NCBI GenBank assembly: GCA_040220875.1
Contig: JAVJVX010000003.1
Location: 136,969 to 200,968 of the forward strand
DNA length: 64,000 bases
DNA from: Alphaproteobacteria bacterium
GTDB lineage: Bacteria; Pseudomonadota; Alphaproteobacteria; JAVJVX01
Direction: 5' to 3'
A program made the position numbers and the translations under genes. Positions 27,823 to 36,653 of the stretch are shown here, one piece after another. The stretch's first letter is position 1, and each line of letters begins with the position of its first letter. The notes under the pieces were generated by a model. That model was not told where the DNA came from. It saw only the letters and a list, made by a program, of their open reading frames with translations, and made no database searches.

Positions 27823-27853
27823 GGGCCGCCCTTCGGGAGCGGCCCATTTTTTT
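27823..27853 (+). terminator. rho-independent terminator (plus strand)
   Basis: GGGCCGC-ccttcggga-GCGGCCC forms a 7-bp GC stem, followed by ATTTTTTT. It is 178 nt downstream of the DUF1192 stop and about 75 nt beyond the convergent hsp20 stop. Confidence 0.55.
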
Positions 27854-27928
27854 GGCCGCTTCCGTGTGGCCAGAAGAGAAACGGGCCGGCCGGGGCCGGC
27901 CCGTTTCACCAGTCTGCGCGCGGCGTGC

Positions 27929-28390
27929 CTACGCGGCTTCGCCGGTGATCGCCTTGCGCCAGGACTTGCCGGACCCGGACTCGATCTTGATGGTCCGGGG
28001 CTTCAGCGCTTCGGGGACCTCATGCACCAGATCCACGTGCAGGAGGCCGTTCTCGAGCGCGGCGCTCTTGACCTGGACATGCTCGGCCAGGTTGAAGCGG
28101 CGCTGGAACGAGCGCCCGGCGATCCCGCGATGGAGATAATGGCGGGTATCGGCGTCGGAATTGGCCTTGCCGGCGATGGTCAGGACATCTCCCTCAACGG
28201 AGATATCGAGGTCCTCGCGACTGAAGCCGGCCACCGCCATGGTGATGCGGTAGCTCTCTTCATCGACCTTCTCGATGTTGTAGGGGGGGTAACTCGGCAT
28301 CTGATCGCGGGACGCGGCGTCGAGAAGTTCCGCGACACGATCGAAGCCGATCACGGACCGGAAAAACGGGCTGAAATCGATATCTTGCAT
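27929..28390 (-). CDS. Hsp20/IbpA-family small heat-shock protein
   Basis: From ATG 28390 the translation is MQDIDFSPFFRSVIGFDRV (IbpA-like N-terminus), with an alpha-crystallin domain and a C-terminal I-x-I-like IKIE. GGAGG lies 8 nt upstream of this ATG. Confidence 0.85.
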   Translation of the reverse strand: MQDIDFSPFFRSVIGFDRVAELLDAASRDQMPSYPPYNIEKVDEESYRITMAVAGFSREDLDISVEGDVLTIAGKANSDADTRHYLHRGIAGRSFQRRFNLAEHVQVKSAALENGLLHVDLVHEVPEALKPRTIKIESGSGKSWRKAITGEAA

Positions 28391-28507
28391 TTCCATATCC
28401 TCCAATGAGCAACATGGTTAATCCGAAAAAAGGGAGGCCGGACACTCCATCGGTTCGGCAGTGGGCCGCCCGGAACGGCCCCCGACGGGACGCCGCTCCG
28501 TTCGACA

Positions 28508-28535
28508 ATCTGGGTAGGGCCGGGAGATTTTCAAG
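28508..28535 (-). promoter_or_regulatory. candidate RpoH (sigma32)-type promoter for hsp20
   Basis: On the minus strand, CTTGAAA (28535..28529) is followed 13 nt later by ACCCAGAT (CCCATNT-like). This is comparable to the alphaproteobacterial RpoH consensus CTTGAA-N16/17-CCANAT. It lies about 115 nt upstream of the hsp20 ATG. Confidence 0.4.
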
Positions 28536-28650
28536 GGGCGGGACGTGCGTCCGCAAGGCAGTCTGCCGCACCCGTTAAGGTTAATGGAAAAGGCCGGAAA
28601 CCCGCGAGTTTTTGCGACAAATCGGGTCCCGATCGTGGTAATCTCAGGCC

Positions 28651-29103
28651 ATGACACACGGCCCGGTTGCTTTCTTCAGTCGAACGTATGACGACGCGTT
28701 CGACCTGCTCCTGGACGCGCGGGACTATCTCTCGGATGGCCTCGCCCGTGATCGGGGCGGCCTGGGTCTGGCGGAACCGGGCGCGGCCGACGGCATCGGC
28801 CGGCTGGCGCTCAGCCGCGAGCTCCACCGCCTGACCAGCCGGATTACCAGCGTCATGGCCTGGTGCCTCGAGCAAAAGGCAGTCGCGCGGGGTGAAATTT
28901 CCGCCGCCCATTACGCCCGGCAGAAAAACCGGTTGGCCGGCCATCGGGTCAATCTCGTCCGGCCCCGCGATCCGGGTGGCGCCATCCCGCCCCGTCTCGG
29001 CCACCTGCTCGAGCGGTCCTACCGGCTTTATCTGAGGGCGCACCGGCTGGACCAGATGATCTATACCCGCGCGCCGAACGCACAGGCGGCGCGGCGGGGC
29101 TGA
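28651..29103 (+). CDS. DUF1465-family protein (RcdA-like)
   Basis: The N-terminus FFSRTYDDAFDLLLDARDYL matches the DUF1465 family. I recall that the Caulobacter proteolysis adaptor RcdA belongs to this family. Confidence 0.65.
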   Translation: MTHGPVAFFSRTYDDAFDLLLDARDYLSDGLARDRGGLGLAEPGAADGIGRLALSRELHRLTSRITSVMAWCLEQKAVARGEISAAHYARQKNRLAGHRVNLVRPRDPGGAIPPRLGHLLERSYRLYLRAHRLDQMIYTRAPNAQAARRG

Positions 29104-29131
29104 GCCGCCGCGCATTGGCCGGCAGGAGCAC

Positions 29132-29157
29132 AAAAAAAGGGCCGCCAGAGGCAGCCC
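29132..29157 (-). terminator. rho-independent terminator for rpmE (minus strand)
   Basis: On the plus strand, AAAAAAA precedes GGGCCGCC-aga-GGCAGCCC. On the minus strand this is a GC hairpin with one mismatch followed by UUUUUUU, 37 nt after the rpmE stop. Confidence 0.55.
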
Positions 29158-29194
29158 TTCGCGCGCATGAGCGCGGAGAATTGGGCGACGACCC

Positions 29195-29419
29195 TCAGCC
29201 GACGCCGAAATCCTTGAACCGGTTCTTGAACCGCGCCAACTGGCCGCCCGTATCGACCAGGTGCTGGAAACCGCCCGTCCAGGCCGGGTGCGTCTTTGCA
29301 TCCACGTCCAGCTTCATCGTGTCGCCGGGCTTGCCCCAGGTAGAGCGCGTCGTGAACGTCGTGCCGTCGGTCATCACCACGTTGATCTCGTGGTAGTTGG
29401 GGTGAATGTCTTTTTTCAT
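29195..29419 (-). CDS. rpmE: 50S ribosomal protein L31
   Basis: The translation [22 protein letters not shown]...KTHPAWTGG matches L31 along its full length. Confidence 0.9.
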   Translation of the reverse strand: MKKDIHPNYHEINVVMTDGTTFTTRSTWGKPGDTMKLDVDAKTHPAWTGGFQHLVDTGGQLARFKNRFKDFGVG

Positions 29420-29568
29420 CCTTTTTTCCTTCCGGCCCCGCTTTCGGGGCCCGCTGCCGCGTTGGACGCGGCGCGCCTCGGCGGCGCAAAACGAGGGGCG
29501 GTTATAGCGAAGCCGGCCGTCCCCTGCAAGACGCCCCGGCAGCCCCGGAATCCGGGCCTTGCGGCTCC

Positions 29569-30579
29569 CTAGCGGTCGGTCAGGCGGAATTCGATGCGCC
29601 GGTTCTGCCGGAGCGCCTCCGGGCTCGTGCCCTCGGCGATGGGCTGATGCTCGCCGAAGCCCGTGGCCGCCAGCCGATTCGGCGGGATGCCGCTGTCAAT
29701 CAGGTGCCGGACGACGGAAATCGCCCGCTCGGTCGAGAGCTCCCAGTTTGATTCGAACCGCTCGTTGTGGATCGGGCGCTGGTCCGTGTGCCCGTCGACG
29801 CGCAGAAGCCAGGACACATTATCGGGGATACGTGCGGATATTTCCTGCAGCGTTTCGGCCAGTTGACGGATCTGCGCCTGGCCGGCCTCGCCCAGCCGCG
29901 CTGAGCCGGTGGCGAAGAGGACCGAGGATTCAAAGACAAAGCGGTCGCCCACGATCCGGACATCGGCGCGCTCGCCCAGGACTTCGCGCAGCCGGCCGAA
30001 AAATTCGGACCGGTAGCGTTCGAGTTCCTGCGACCGCTTGGCCAGCGCGACATTGAGCCGCTTGCCAAGATCCTCGATTTCCAGAGTCTGCGCCGCAACC
30101 GTGGATTCGGACGCGGCCAGCACCTCCTCGAGGGCCGAGAGCTGGCGGCGCAGCGCCTCGATCTGCTGGCCGAGCGTGGCGATGCGTTCCGCCTGGTCTA
30201 TCCGCGCCTCCTCGGAGGCGGCGAGCGCGGTGCTGGCGACCCGCGCGCGCTGGCCCGCCGCTTCGGCGGTGCTGGCCAGGGTGTCCCGTTCGGAAAGGGT
30301 TGCTTCAAGGGAGCTCTTCAACCGGTCACGCTCGGTGGTCAGCGTGGTGACCGCCTTGCGTTCGAGTGCGAGCTGATCGGCCAGCTGCTCGATCTGGGCG
30401 CTCAGCAGGTCGAGTGCGTCTTCCTTGGAGGTGACCTGCTGGGCGAGATAGACCTGGGCCACGGTGAAGATGAGCAGCATGAACACGAGCACGATGAGCA
30501 GCGCCGACAGGGCATCGACAAAGCCGGGCCAGGTGCTCTCGCTGTGGCGGTATCGCCGGGCAACGCTCGGGTAATACAT
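29569..30579 (-). CDS. MotB-like protein: TM with conserved Asp, long coiled-coil linker and OmpA-like peptidoglycan-binding domain
   Basis: The N-terminal TM segment [22 protein letters not shown] has an Asp at the position of MotB D32/ExbD D25. It is followed by about 200 aa of heptad-like Q/E/A/L/R-rich sequence. The C-terminus has OmpA/MotB motifs ([22 protein letters not shown]). Confidence 0.8.
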   Translation of the reverse strand: MYYPSVARRYRHSESTWPGFVDALSALLIVLVFMLLIFTVAQVYLAQQVTSKEDALDLLSAQIEQLADQLALERKAVTTLTTERDRLKSSLEATLSERDTLASTAEAAGQRARVASTALAASEEARIDQAERIATLGQQIEALRRQLSALEEVLAASESTVAAQTLEIEDLGKRLNVALAKRSQELERYRSEFFGRLREVLGERADVRIVGDRFVFESSVLFATGSARLGEAGQAQIRQLAETLQEISARIPDNVSWLLRVDGHTDQRPIHNERFESNWELSTERAISVVRHLIDSGIPPNRLAATGFGEHQPIAEGTSPEALRQNRRIEFRLTDR

Positions 30580-30597
30580 GCTGGCTGCCTTTTTTTC

Positions 30598-31794
30598 TCA
30601 GCCGCTATGGGGCGGCGTCGCGCCGGAGCCGGCCGCATCGTCCCGGATGGTCGCGCCAAGCGTCCGGGCCAGCAGGCGGATTTCGCTCCTGAGATCGGCC
30701 AGCATCCGGTCGCGCCCGATGACCTGATCGTCCACCAGCCGGGTCAGCTGCACGTCGAGATGGCGCAGATGATCCTGGCTGGCTTCATCCAGACCCAGCT
30801 TGCCGGCCTCGGCCAGCTCCGTGAGACGTACGAAGAGGGGCCGGATATCGGCGTGGGATTCGGCCAGTTTCAGCATCAGCTTCTGCTCGGCGCGCATCTG
30901 GTCACTCAGGGTTTCGAGGCGCTCGGCCAGGGTGACGAGGGATCTGTGGGATTCGGTCGCCGCCGCTTCGGACCGCGAGAGGGTGCGCTGAAGGGAATCG
31001 AGATTGTCCGCCGTTTGCTGCATGAGCGCCTCGAGATAGGCGGGCGGCGATATCTCGCCGGAGAAGCCCATCGGGCGCTCGCCCGCCGATACGCCCGCGG
31101 GCAGGGTGTGGCGGGTGATCGAGGACAGCCATTCTTCGAGATTATTGAAAAACCGGTTTTGCGCCTGGCCTGCCGTCAGATCGAGAAAGCCCAGCACGAG
31201 GGAGCCGGCGAGGCCGAAGAGGGAGGAGCTGAAGGCCGTGCCCATGCCGTCGAGCGGCGCGGTCAGGCCCTCGCGCAGATTGGCGAGGAACTGTTCGAGC
31301 GATCGGGGCTGCAGCTCGAGGCCCGTCAGAACGCCCCCGACTGACTGGATCGTCTGCAACAGACCCCAGAAAGTCCCGAGGAGCCCCAGGAAGATCAGGA
31401 GCCCGATGAGGTAGCGGGAGTTTTCCCGCCCTTCGTCGAGGCGCGAGCGGACGCTGACCAGAAGCGTCTGGCTGGTCGGCGCGGCCAACGTCTCGCTGCC
31501 CGCCGAACTGCCCAGTATCGGGGCGAGCTGCGCCAGGAGGGCGGGCGGCGGCCCGGCCTTTCGGGCGTCGCCGGTACGGCGAAAGGTCTCGATCCAGTCG
31601 GCGGCCGGGGCAAGAGACCAGGCCTGGCGCAGGATGTAAAGGATGCCCAGAGCAAGCGCCGATAAGATGATCCCGTTGATGACAACATTCGCCATAAACG
31701 CCGATCTGAGAAACGGGTGAAGGGCCACGATCGCACCGGCCACGAGGGCCAGAAAGGCGATCATGCGCAGGATGTAGGCGGTGGGGCGTGTCAT
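30598..31794 (-). CDS. MotA/TolQ/ExbB-family proton-channel protein with C-terminal coiled-coil tail
   Basis: It has four predicted TM helices. TM3-TM4 (YLIGLLIFLGLLGTFWGLLQTI and GMGTAFSSSLFGLAGSLVLGFLDL) resemble the MotA/TolQ/ExbB channel core. About 170 aa C-terminal to them are helical. Its stop is 18 nt before the MotB-like start. Confidence 0.8.
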   Translation of the reverse strand: MTRPTAYILRMIAFLALVAGAIVALHPFLRSAFMANVVINGIILSALALGILYILRQAWSLAPAADWIETFRRTGDARKAGPPPALLAQLAPILGSSAGSETLAAPTSQTLLVSVRSRLDEGRENSRYLIGLLIFLGLLGTFWGLLQTIQSVGGVLTGLELQPRSLEQFLANLREGLTAPLDGMGTAFSSSLFGLAGSLVLGFLDLTAGQAQNRFFNNLEEWLSSITRHTLPAGVSAGERPMGFSGEISPPAYLEALMQQTADNLDSLQRTLSRSEAAATESHRSLVTLAERLETLSDQMRAEQKLMLKLAESHADIRPLFVRLTELAEAGKLGLDEASQDHLRHLDVQLTRLVDDQVIGRDRMLADLRSEIRLLARTLGATIRDDAAGSGATPPHSG

Positions 31795-31886
31795 GGGTCG
31801 AATTGCTTCCGGCTGGTGGACGAGAAACGGTTCCGTGCCGCGCCGGGCGGTCGGGCGGCGGTTTCTGGCGCCATGACGGACGCCCG

Positions 31887-33131
31887 TCAGGGGGCGGTAA
31901 CGGTGACGTCGACCCTGTCGGCCGGGCCCTGTTCGAATCGGTCTCCCAGCGCGCGCACATCCATCCGCGTGCTGCGCACCCCGTTATCCATCAGATAGGT
32001 TCTCACGGCCAGCGCGCGGGAGAGGGAGAGCCTGCGGGCGTCGCTCGGGTCCTCGTCGATCGCCGCCGCATAGGCGGAGAGTTTCACGCGCCGCTTCTGG
32101 TCCTCGTTGAGCGTGGCCACGATCTCGTCGAGCGCCTCGGCCGCGTCGGCCGGCAGGGCCGCGCTGCCGCCCTTGAAAGTGATCCGCACGCCGCCCTCGA
32201 CCGAGGTGGTGCGCGGCGGCAAGGCGGCCGTTTGCGTGCCCGCGGCCGGTGCAGTCTCTTCCGCCGGCACCGCCAGGGCCGCGCTCTCCACCGGTACCGT
32301 CGGTACGGCCGGCGGTGGCGGGGGCTCGTTCGCCGGTGTCTTGGCCGGCGGCAGCACGTCGGGCACGGTATCATCGCTGGCCGGTATCGCGGCCGTCTCG
32401 GCGGCCACAGGTGGAGCGCTGGCGGGCGCGTCTTCTTCCGCTGTGTCGTCGCCGCGCGCCGCGTCGCTCTCCGCGCTGATCGGCGGTGTGGGTACGAATT
32501 CGGGGTCGGTCGGCGCCTCGTCTGTCATTTCCGGCGCGGGCGCGGGCGCGGGTTCCGCCTCGGGCTCGGGGATCGCGGCCAGTTCCGGTCGCGCGGGCGG
32601 GGCCGTGGGCGGAACGGGCGCAGGCTTTGCGACCTCGGGCTGGGGCGTCAGCCTGGCTGGTGCGGCGGACCCGGACGGTTGTGGCCGCGGACTCGGCTCC
32701 GGCGGCGCTACTTGCGGCCGCGGCGGAACGGTGAGGCCTGGCGAGTCGAACACCGGCGGCTGGCGCAGCCCGGCCGTCGCCGGGCCGTCCGATCCGGGCG
32801 GTCGGAGCACGATCCGTTCGCCGGTCGCCCCGTGTCCGTCCGGAGGGGTCAAAGTGATGGGCTGGTTGCCCTTGGGGCCGACGCCCGGAAAGAGAAGCCG
32901 GGGCGGCCTTTTGGGGTCGGCCTGCTGGTCGATCGCGTCGAGGTTGAGTTCGACCGCGGGTCGCCCGCTGCCACCAATCACAATCGTGGGCGGATCGGCC
33001 AACCCATAGCCGTCCTGCGCCGGCGCGGGCCTGCTTGCCAGGACGAGACTCCCGGCAAGGGCGGAGAGGATGATGAGGCGGGGCAGGGCGGGCGCGCCGT
33101 GACGCGCGGAGCCTGGCGGGCGGGTCGGCAT
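31887..33131 (-). CDS. secreted proline/alanine-rich protein with C-terminal OmpA-like domain
   Basis: From ATG 33131 there is a signal peptide (MPTRPPGSARHGAPALPRLIILSALAGSLVLASRPAPAQD). It is followed by more than 250 aa of P/A/E-rich low-complexity sequence ([22 protein letters not shown]). The C-terminus has an OmpA-like motif (RLSLSRALAVRTYLMDNGV). The track ORF starts 13 codons earlier. Confidence 0.65.
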   Translation of the reverse strand: MPTRPPGSARHGAPALPRLIILSALAGSLVLASRPAPAQDGYGLADPPTIVIGGSGRPAVELNLDAIDQQADPKRPPRLLFPGVGPKGNQPITLTPPDGHGATGERIVLRPPGSDGPATAGLRQPPVFDSPGLTVPPRPQVAPPEPSPRPQPSGSAAPARLTPQPEVAKPAPVPPTAPPARPELAAIPEPEAEPAPAPAPEMTDEAPTDPEFVPTPPISAESDAARGDDTAEEDAPASAPPVAAETAAIPASDDTVPDVLPPAKTPANEPPPPPAVPTVPVESAALAVPAEETAPAAGTQTAALPPRTTSVEGGVRITFKGGSAALPADAAEALDEIVATLNEDQKRRVKLSAYAAAIDEDPSDARRLSLSRALAVRTYLMDNGVRSTRMDVRALGDRFEQGPADRVDVTVTAP

Positions 33132-33330
33132 CGTCCGATCAATGCCTGGCTCAGTGAAAGATGTCGACATGCCGCTCCCCGGGACCCCGGCCGAAAGCCG
33201 CCAGCCCCTCCCATATAGCGCCCCACCTTAGCTCAGACCGGCCCGGCCAAACAACTGGTTTGGCAGGGGCCGAAGCCGAAAAACCGGGGCTTTTCAAAGA
33301 TGTGACGCCGGGTGGCCGATTGGAGCGCGG

Positions 33331-34140
33331 TCAGACGGCGGGTTCCCTGAGCGCTTTCTGCACGAGTGCCAGCAGCGGCGCGTGCAGCTTGTCGTTGCCG
33401 GCCAGGATATCGCCTGAGGCAAGCATGCCGCTCCGGCCCGTCATGTCGGTGACGAAACCGCCGGCCTCCTTTACCAGTACGATGCCGGCGGCCATATCCC
33501 AGGGTTTCAAGCCGAATTCCCAGAAACCATCAAAACGGCCGGCCGCGACCCAGGCGAGATCGAGGGAAGCGGCGCCGAAGCGCCGGATGCCCGTCGAATT
33601 CTGTCCGACGGCTTCAAGGGAGGCATGGTAGCGGGGATGAGTTTCCCGCCCCATGAAGGGGATGCCGGTCGCGAACAATCCGTCCTGCAGGCGGCTACGC
33701 GCCGAGATGCGCAGGCGCCGGTCGTTCAGAAAGGCGCCGATGCCGCGTTCGGCCCAGAACAGTTCATCGCGCACCGGCTCGTAGATGACGCCGGCCACGA
33801 TCTCGCCCCGTTGCTCATAGGCGATCGAAATCGCGAAATGCGGGATGCCGTGCATAAAATTGAGTGTTCCGTCGAGCGGATCGACGATCCAGCGCTCGGT
33901 GGCATCCTTCGGTCCGCTGGCACCGTCCTCTTCCATGAGAAAGGCGAAGTCCGGGCGCGCCTTGCCAAGCTCCTGCTTAAGCGTCCGTTCCGCCGACAGG
34001 TCGGCGTTGGTGACGAAATCGGCAACTCCCTTCCGGGAGACCTGGAGCTGCTCGACCTCGCCAAAATCGCGCACGAGCCGGCGCGCCGCCTTGTAGGCAG
34101 CGCCCGCCATGACATTCACCGTGGCTGATCGCCGGGTCAT
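33331..34140 (-). CDS. suhB: inositol monophosphatase family protein (SuhB)
   Basis: From ATG 34140 the translation is MTRRSATVNVMAGAAYKAARRL. It has the WIVDPLDGT and DxxAG motifs. The track ORF has a 15-codon upstream extension. Confidence 0.85.
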   Translation of the reverse strand: MTRRSATVNVMAGAAYKAARRLVRDFGEVEQLQVSRKGVADFVTNADLSAERTLKQELGKARPDFAFLMEEDGASGPKDATERWIVDPLDGTLNFMHGIPHFAISIAYEQRGEIVAGVIYEPVRDELFWAERGIGAFLNDRRLRISARSRLQDGLFATGIPFMGRETHPRYHASLEAVGQNSTGIRRFGAASLDLAWVAAGRFDGFWEFGLKPWDMAAGIVLVKEAGGFVTDMTGRSGMLASGDILAGNDKLHAPLLALVQKALREPAV

Positions 34141-34162
34141 GAACAGTCCGTTTCCGGCGCGC

Positions 34163-34732
34163 CTAGTTCTTGGCGCGCTCCACATAGGTTTTGTCGGCGG
34201 TATTCACGACGATCCGCGTGCCCGCCTCGATATGAGGCGGCACCATCACGCGCGCGCCATTGTCGAGCACTGCCGGCTTGTAGGAGGACGAGGCCGTCTG
34301 ACCCTTGACCACGGCGTCCGCCTCGACGACCTCGCAGGTCACCGTGTCGGGCAGGCTGACCGAAATAGGTTCTTCCTCGAAACTTTCGATCGTGACCACC
34401 ATGCCTTCCTGCAGGAAGGGCACCTGATCCTCGGCCACGAGGTCCTGGTGCAATTCGATCTGTTCGAAGCTTTCCTGGTTCATGAAGGTCAGCATGTCGC
34501 CTGACTGAAACAGGAACTGGTAAGGGATCTGGTCGAGCCGGACACGTTCCACTTCCTCCGATGCGCGAAAGCGCTCGTTCAGCTTTGTCCCGTCCCGGAT
34601 GTCCTTCATCTCCACCTGTGCATAGGCGCCACCCTTGCCAGGCTGGGTGGCCTGGGTCCGGACCACGCGCCATAACCGGTTCTGGTGCTCAATGACGTTG
34701 CCAGGGCGGATCGCGTTCCCGCTGATCTTCAT
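34163..34732 (-). CDS. efp: elongation factor P
   Basis: The translation [24 protein letters not shown]...[13 protein letters not shown] matches EF-P along its full length (189 aa). Confidence 0.9.
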   Translation of the reverse strand: MKISGNAIRPGNVIEHQNRLWRVVRTQATQPGKGGAYAQVEMKDIRDGTKLNERFRASEEVERVRLDQIPYQFLFQSGDMLTFMNQESFEQIELHQDLVAEDQVPFLQEGMVVTIESFEEEPISVSLPDTVTCEVVEADAVVKGQTASSSYKPAVLDNGARVMVPPHIEAGTRIVVNTADKTYVERAKN

Positions 34733-34840
34733 GACCGTATTCCATTTTCAATTTTTGCAGATAGTCCCGGGGGCGGGTCGCGGTCCGGCGGGGTCCGCCC
34801 CCGACCGGTCCCGGATGCGCGCGGGAAGCTAACAGCTTGA

Positions 34841-35530
34841 TCAGGCGCTTTCAATTGCGCTGTTGCCGTCGCTCGCCGCGACCACTGCCGACGCCAGGCG
34901 GCGGATCGCGGCCGCCGGTCCCTCGGGGTGATCCCAGACATAGCTGCACACGGCGATGAAATCCGCGCCGGCCCGGACAAGAGGGGCGCAATTTTCCGCG
35001 CCGATGCCGCCGATCGCGACCGACGGCACCACCGTTGCCTCGCGCCACCAGGCGAGGAGCTCGGGTTCGGGCGCATGAACGCGGGTCTTGGTGGGCGACG
35101 GGTAAAAGGCACCGAAGGCAACGTAATCGGCGCCCGCCTCGCCGGCACGGAAGGCGAGATCGCGCGAGGCATGGCAGGTCACGCCCAATATCGCTTCCTC
35201 GCCCAGGATGTCTCGCGCGTCTTCATACGCCATGTCCTCCTGGCCGATATGCGCCCCGTCGCAACCGGTCGCCTGCGCGATATCCGGCCGGTCGTTGACG
35301 AGGAACGCGACGTCGCGGTCATGGGCCACGGCGCGCAAAGTATCGCAGGCCCGGCGCAGCGTATCGTCGTCCACTCCCTTGAGCCGGAGCTGGACGCTGG
35401 CGACGGCTGCGGCGTCGAGGGCACGGCCGAGATCATCGGCAAAGTCGCGCAGGTCGAGCTCCCCCGTCAAAAGCCGGGGCGGGGTGATGAGGTAAAGGCC
35501 GGTCTGTGCGTCGCTCATTGCGTCGCTCAT
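34841..35530 (-). CDS. thiE: thiamine-phosphate synthase
   Basis: From ATG 35530 (GGAG 7 nt upstream) the translation is MSDAMSDAQTGLYLITPP. It has the ThiE TIM-barrel motifs (VQLRLKG, GADYVAFGAFYPSPTK). The track ORF has an 80-codon spurious extension. Confidence 0.85.
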   Translation of the reverse strand: MSDAMSDAQTGLYLITPPRLLTGELDLRDFADDLGRALDAAAVASVQLRLKGVDDDTLRRACDTLRAVAHDRDVAFLVNDRPDIAQATGCDGAHIGQEDMAYEDARDILGEEAILGVTCHASRDLAFRAGEAGADYVAFGAFYPSPTKTRVHAPEPELLAWWREATVVPSVAIGGIGAENCAPLVRAGADFIAVCSYVWDHPEGPAAAIRRLASAVVAASDGNSAIESA

Positions 35531-35558
35531 GAGGGAGCTCCGCTTCTCCGGTATGGTG

Positions 35559-36479
35559 CTAGAGCTTGCCCTGGTAGATTTTGATGATGCTGTCGAGCAG
35601 GGCGAGCGCCTCCTCGCGCGGGCGCTGGAAGGTATTGCGGCCGATAATGGAACCGGTGGCACCGCCGTCGCGAAGGCTCCTGATCTCGTCCAGAATACCA
35701 TCCGTGTCCTTGGCGGCACCGCCCGAGAAAACGACAAGCCTGCGGCCGTTGAAGCAGCTCTGCACCACATGGCGGATTCGCGCGTCCAGCGTGCTCACGT
35801 CAATTTCGTGCTTCTCGTAGACCTTGCGCGCGTCCTCGAGCTCAAGCACTTCGGTCGGCGGCTTGACCTTGATGATGTGTGCGCCCAGAAGGGCAGCCAT
35901 GTGCGCCGCATAGGCGCAAATATCTATGGCTGTTTCACCAGCCTTGGAAAGGCCGCCGCCGCGCGGGTAGGACCAGATCACGACCGCCAGCCCGACGGCC
36001 TTGGCCTCCTCGGCAAGCTCGCGGATCTCTTCCATCATCTCGAACTGGTCATCGGCGCCGGGATAAATCGTGAAGCCGATGGCCGCGCAGCCCAGTCGCA
36101 AGGCATCGCCCACGGAACCGGTGACCGCCTGATCCTTGGCGCTGGCAAGCGAGTTCGAAGAATTCAGCTTCAGGATGGTCGGGATCGCGCCGGCGAAACT
36201 GTCAGCGCCCGCCTCAAGCATGCCGAGCGGTGCGGCATAGGCGGACAGCCCCGCGTCGATTGCGAGTTGAAAGTGGTAATGTGGGTCGTAGCCCGGCGGG
36301 TTGGGCGCAAAGCTCCGTGCCGGGCCGTGCTCGAACCCCTGGTCGACGGGCAGGATTACCAGCCGGCCCGACCCGCCCAACCGGCCCTGCATCAGTATGC
36401 GCGCCAGGTTCGCCTTCGTGCCCGGGTTGTCACTTTCGTAATTGGTCAGGATTTTGCGGACGCGCTGCGGGACCTTCAT
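35559..36479 (-). CDS. fba: class I fructose-bisphosphate aldolase (DhnA/FbaB type)
   Basis: From ATG 36479 the translation is MKVPQRVRKILTNYESDNPGTKANLARIL...LVILPVDQGFEHG, as in the archaeal-type class I aldolase family. It has a Lys in the IIKVK region. It is 306 aa. Confidence 0.8.
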   Translation of the reverse strand: MKVPQRVRKILTNYESDNPGTKANLARILMQGRLGGSGRLVILPVDQGFEHGPARSFAPNPPGYDPHYHFQLAIDAGLSAYAAPLGMLEAGADSFAGAIPTILKLNSSNSLASAKDQAVTGSVGDALRLGCAAIGFTIYPGADDQFEMMEEIRELAEEAKAVGLAVVIWSYPRGGGLSKAGETAIDICAYAAHMAALLGAHIIKVKPPTEVLELEDARKVYEKHEIDVSTLDARIRHVVQSCFNGRRLVVFSGGAAKDTDGILDEIRSLRDGGATGSIIGRNTFQRPREEALALLDSIIKIYQGKL

Positions 36480-36653
36480 GGGTCGCTTTCCCGGATTAGA
36501 GGGGTCGAAAGTTGACGAGACGGACGCGCGGCCCATCCGATTGCGGCTCTGTCGCCCACACGGTTTCTGAATAGCTCAGCCCCGGAGGCAATGCAAACGG
36601 CCTCTCATGTTTCCGCCGCTCTCGCCTCTCCCGGCAGATGGGCATGGCCGCAC

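Noticed and set aside
29569-31794. Calling the MotA/MotB-like pair a Zorya (ZorAB) anti-phage system.
   Set aside because: The ZorA tail is several hundred residues longer. No ZorC/ZorD/ZorE/ZorF-like genes flank the pair. The neighbourhood is core housekeeping rather than a defence island. I report it only as architecturally similar.
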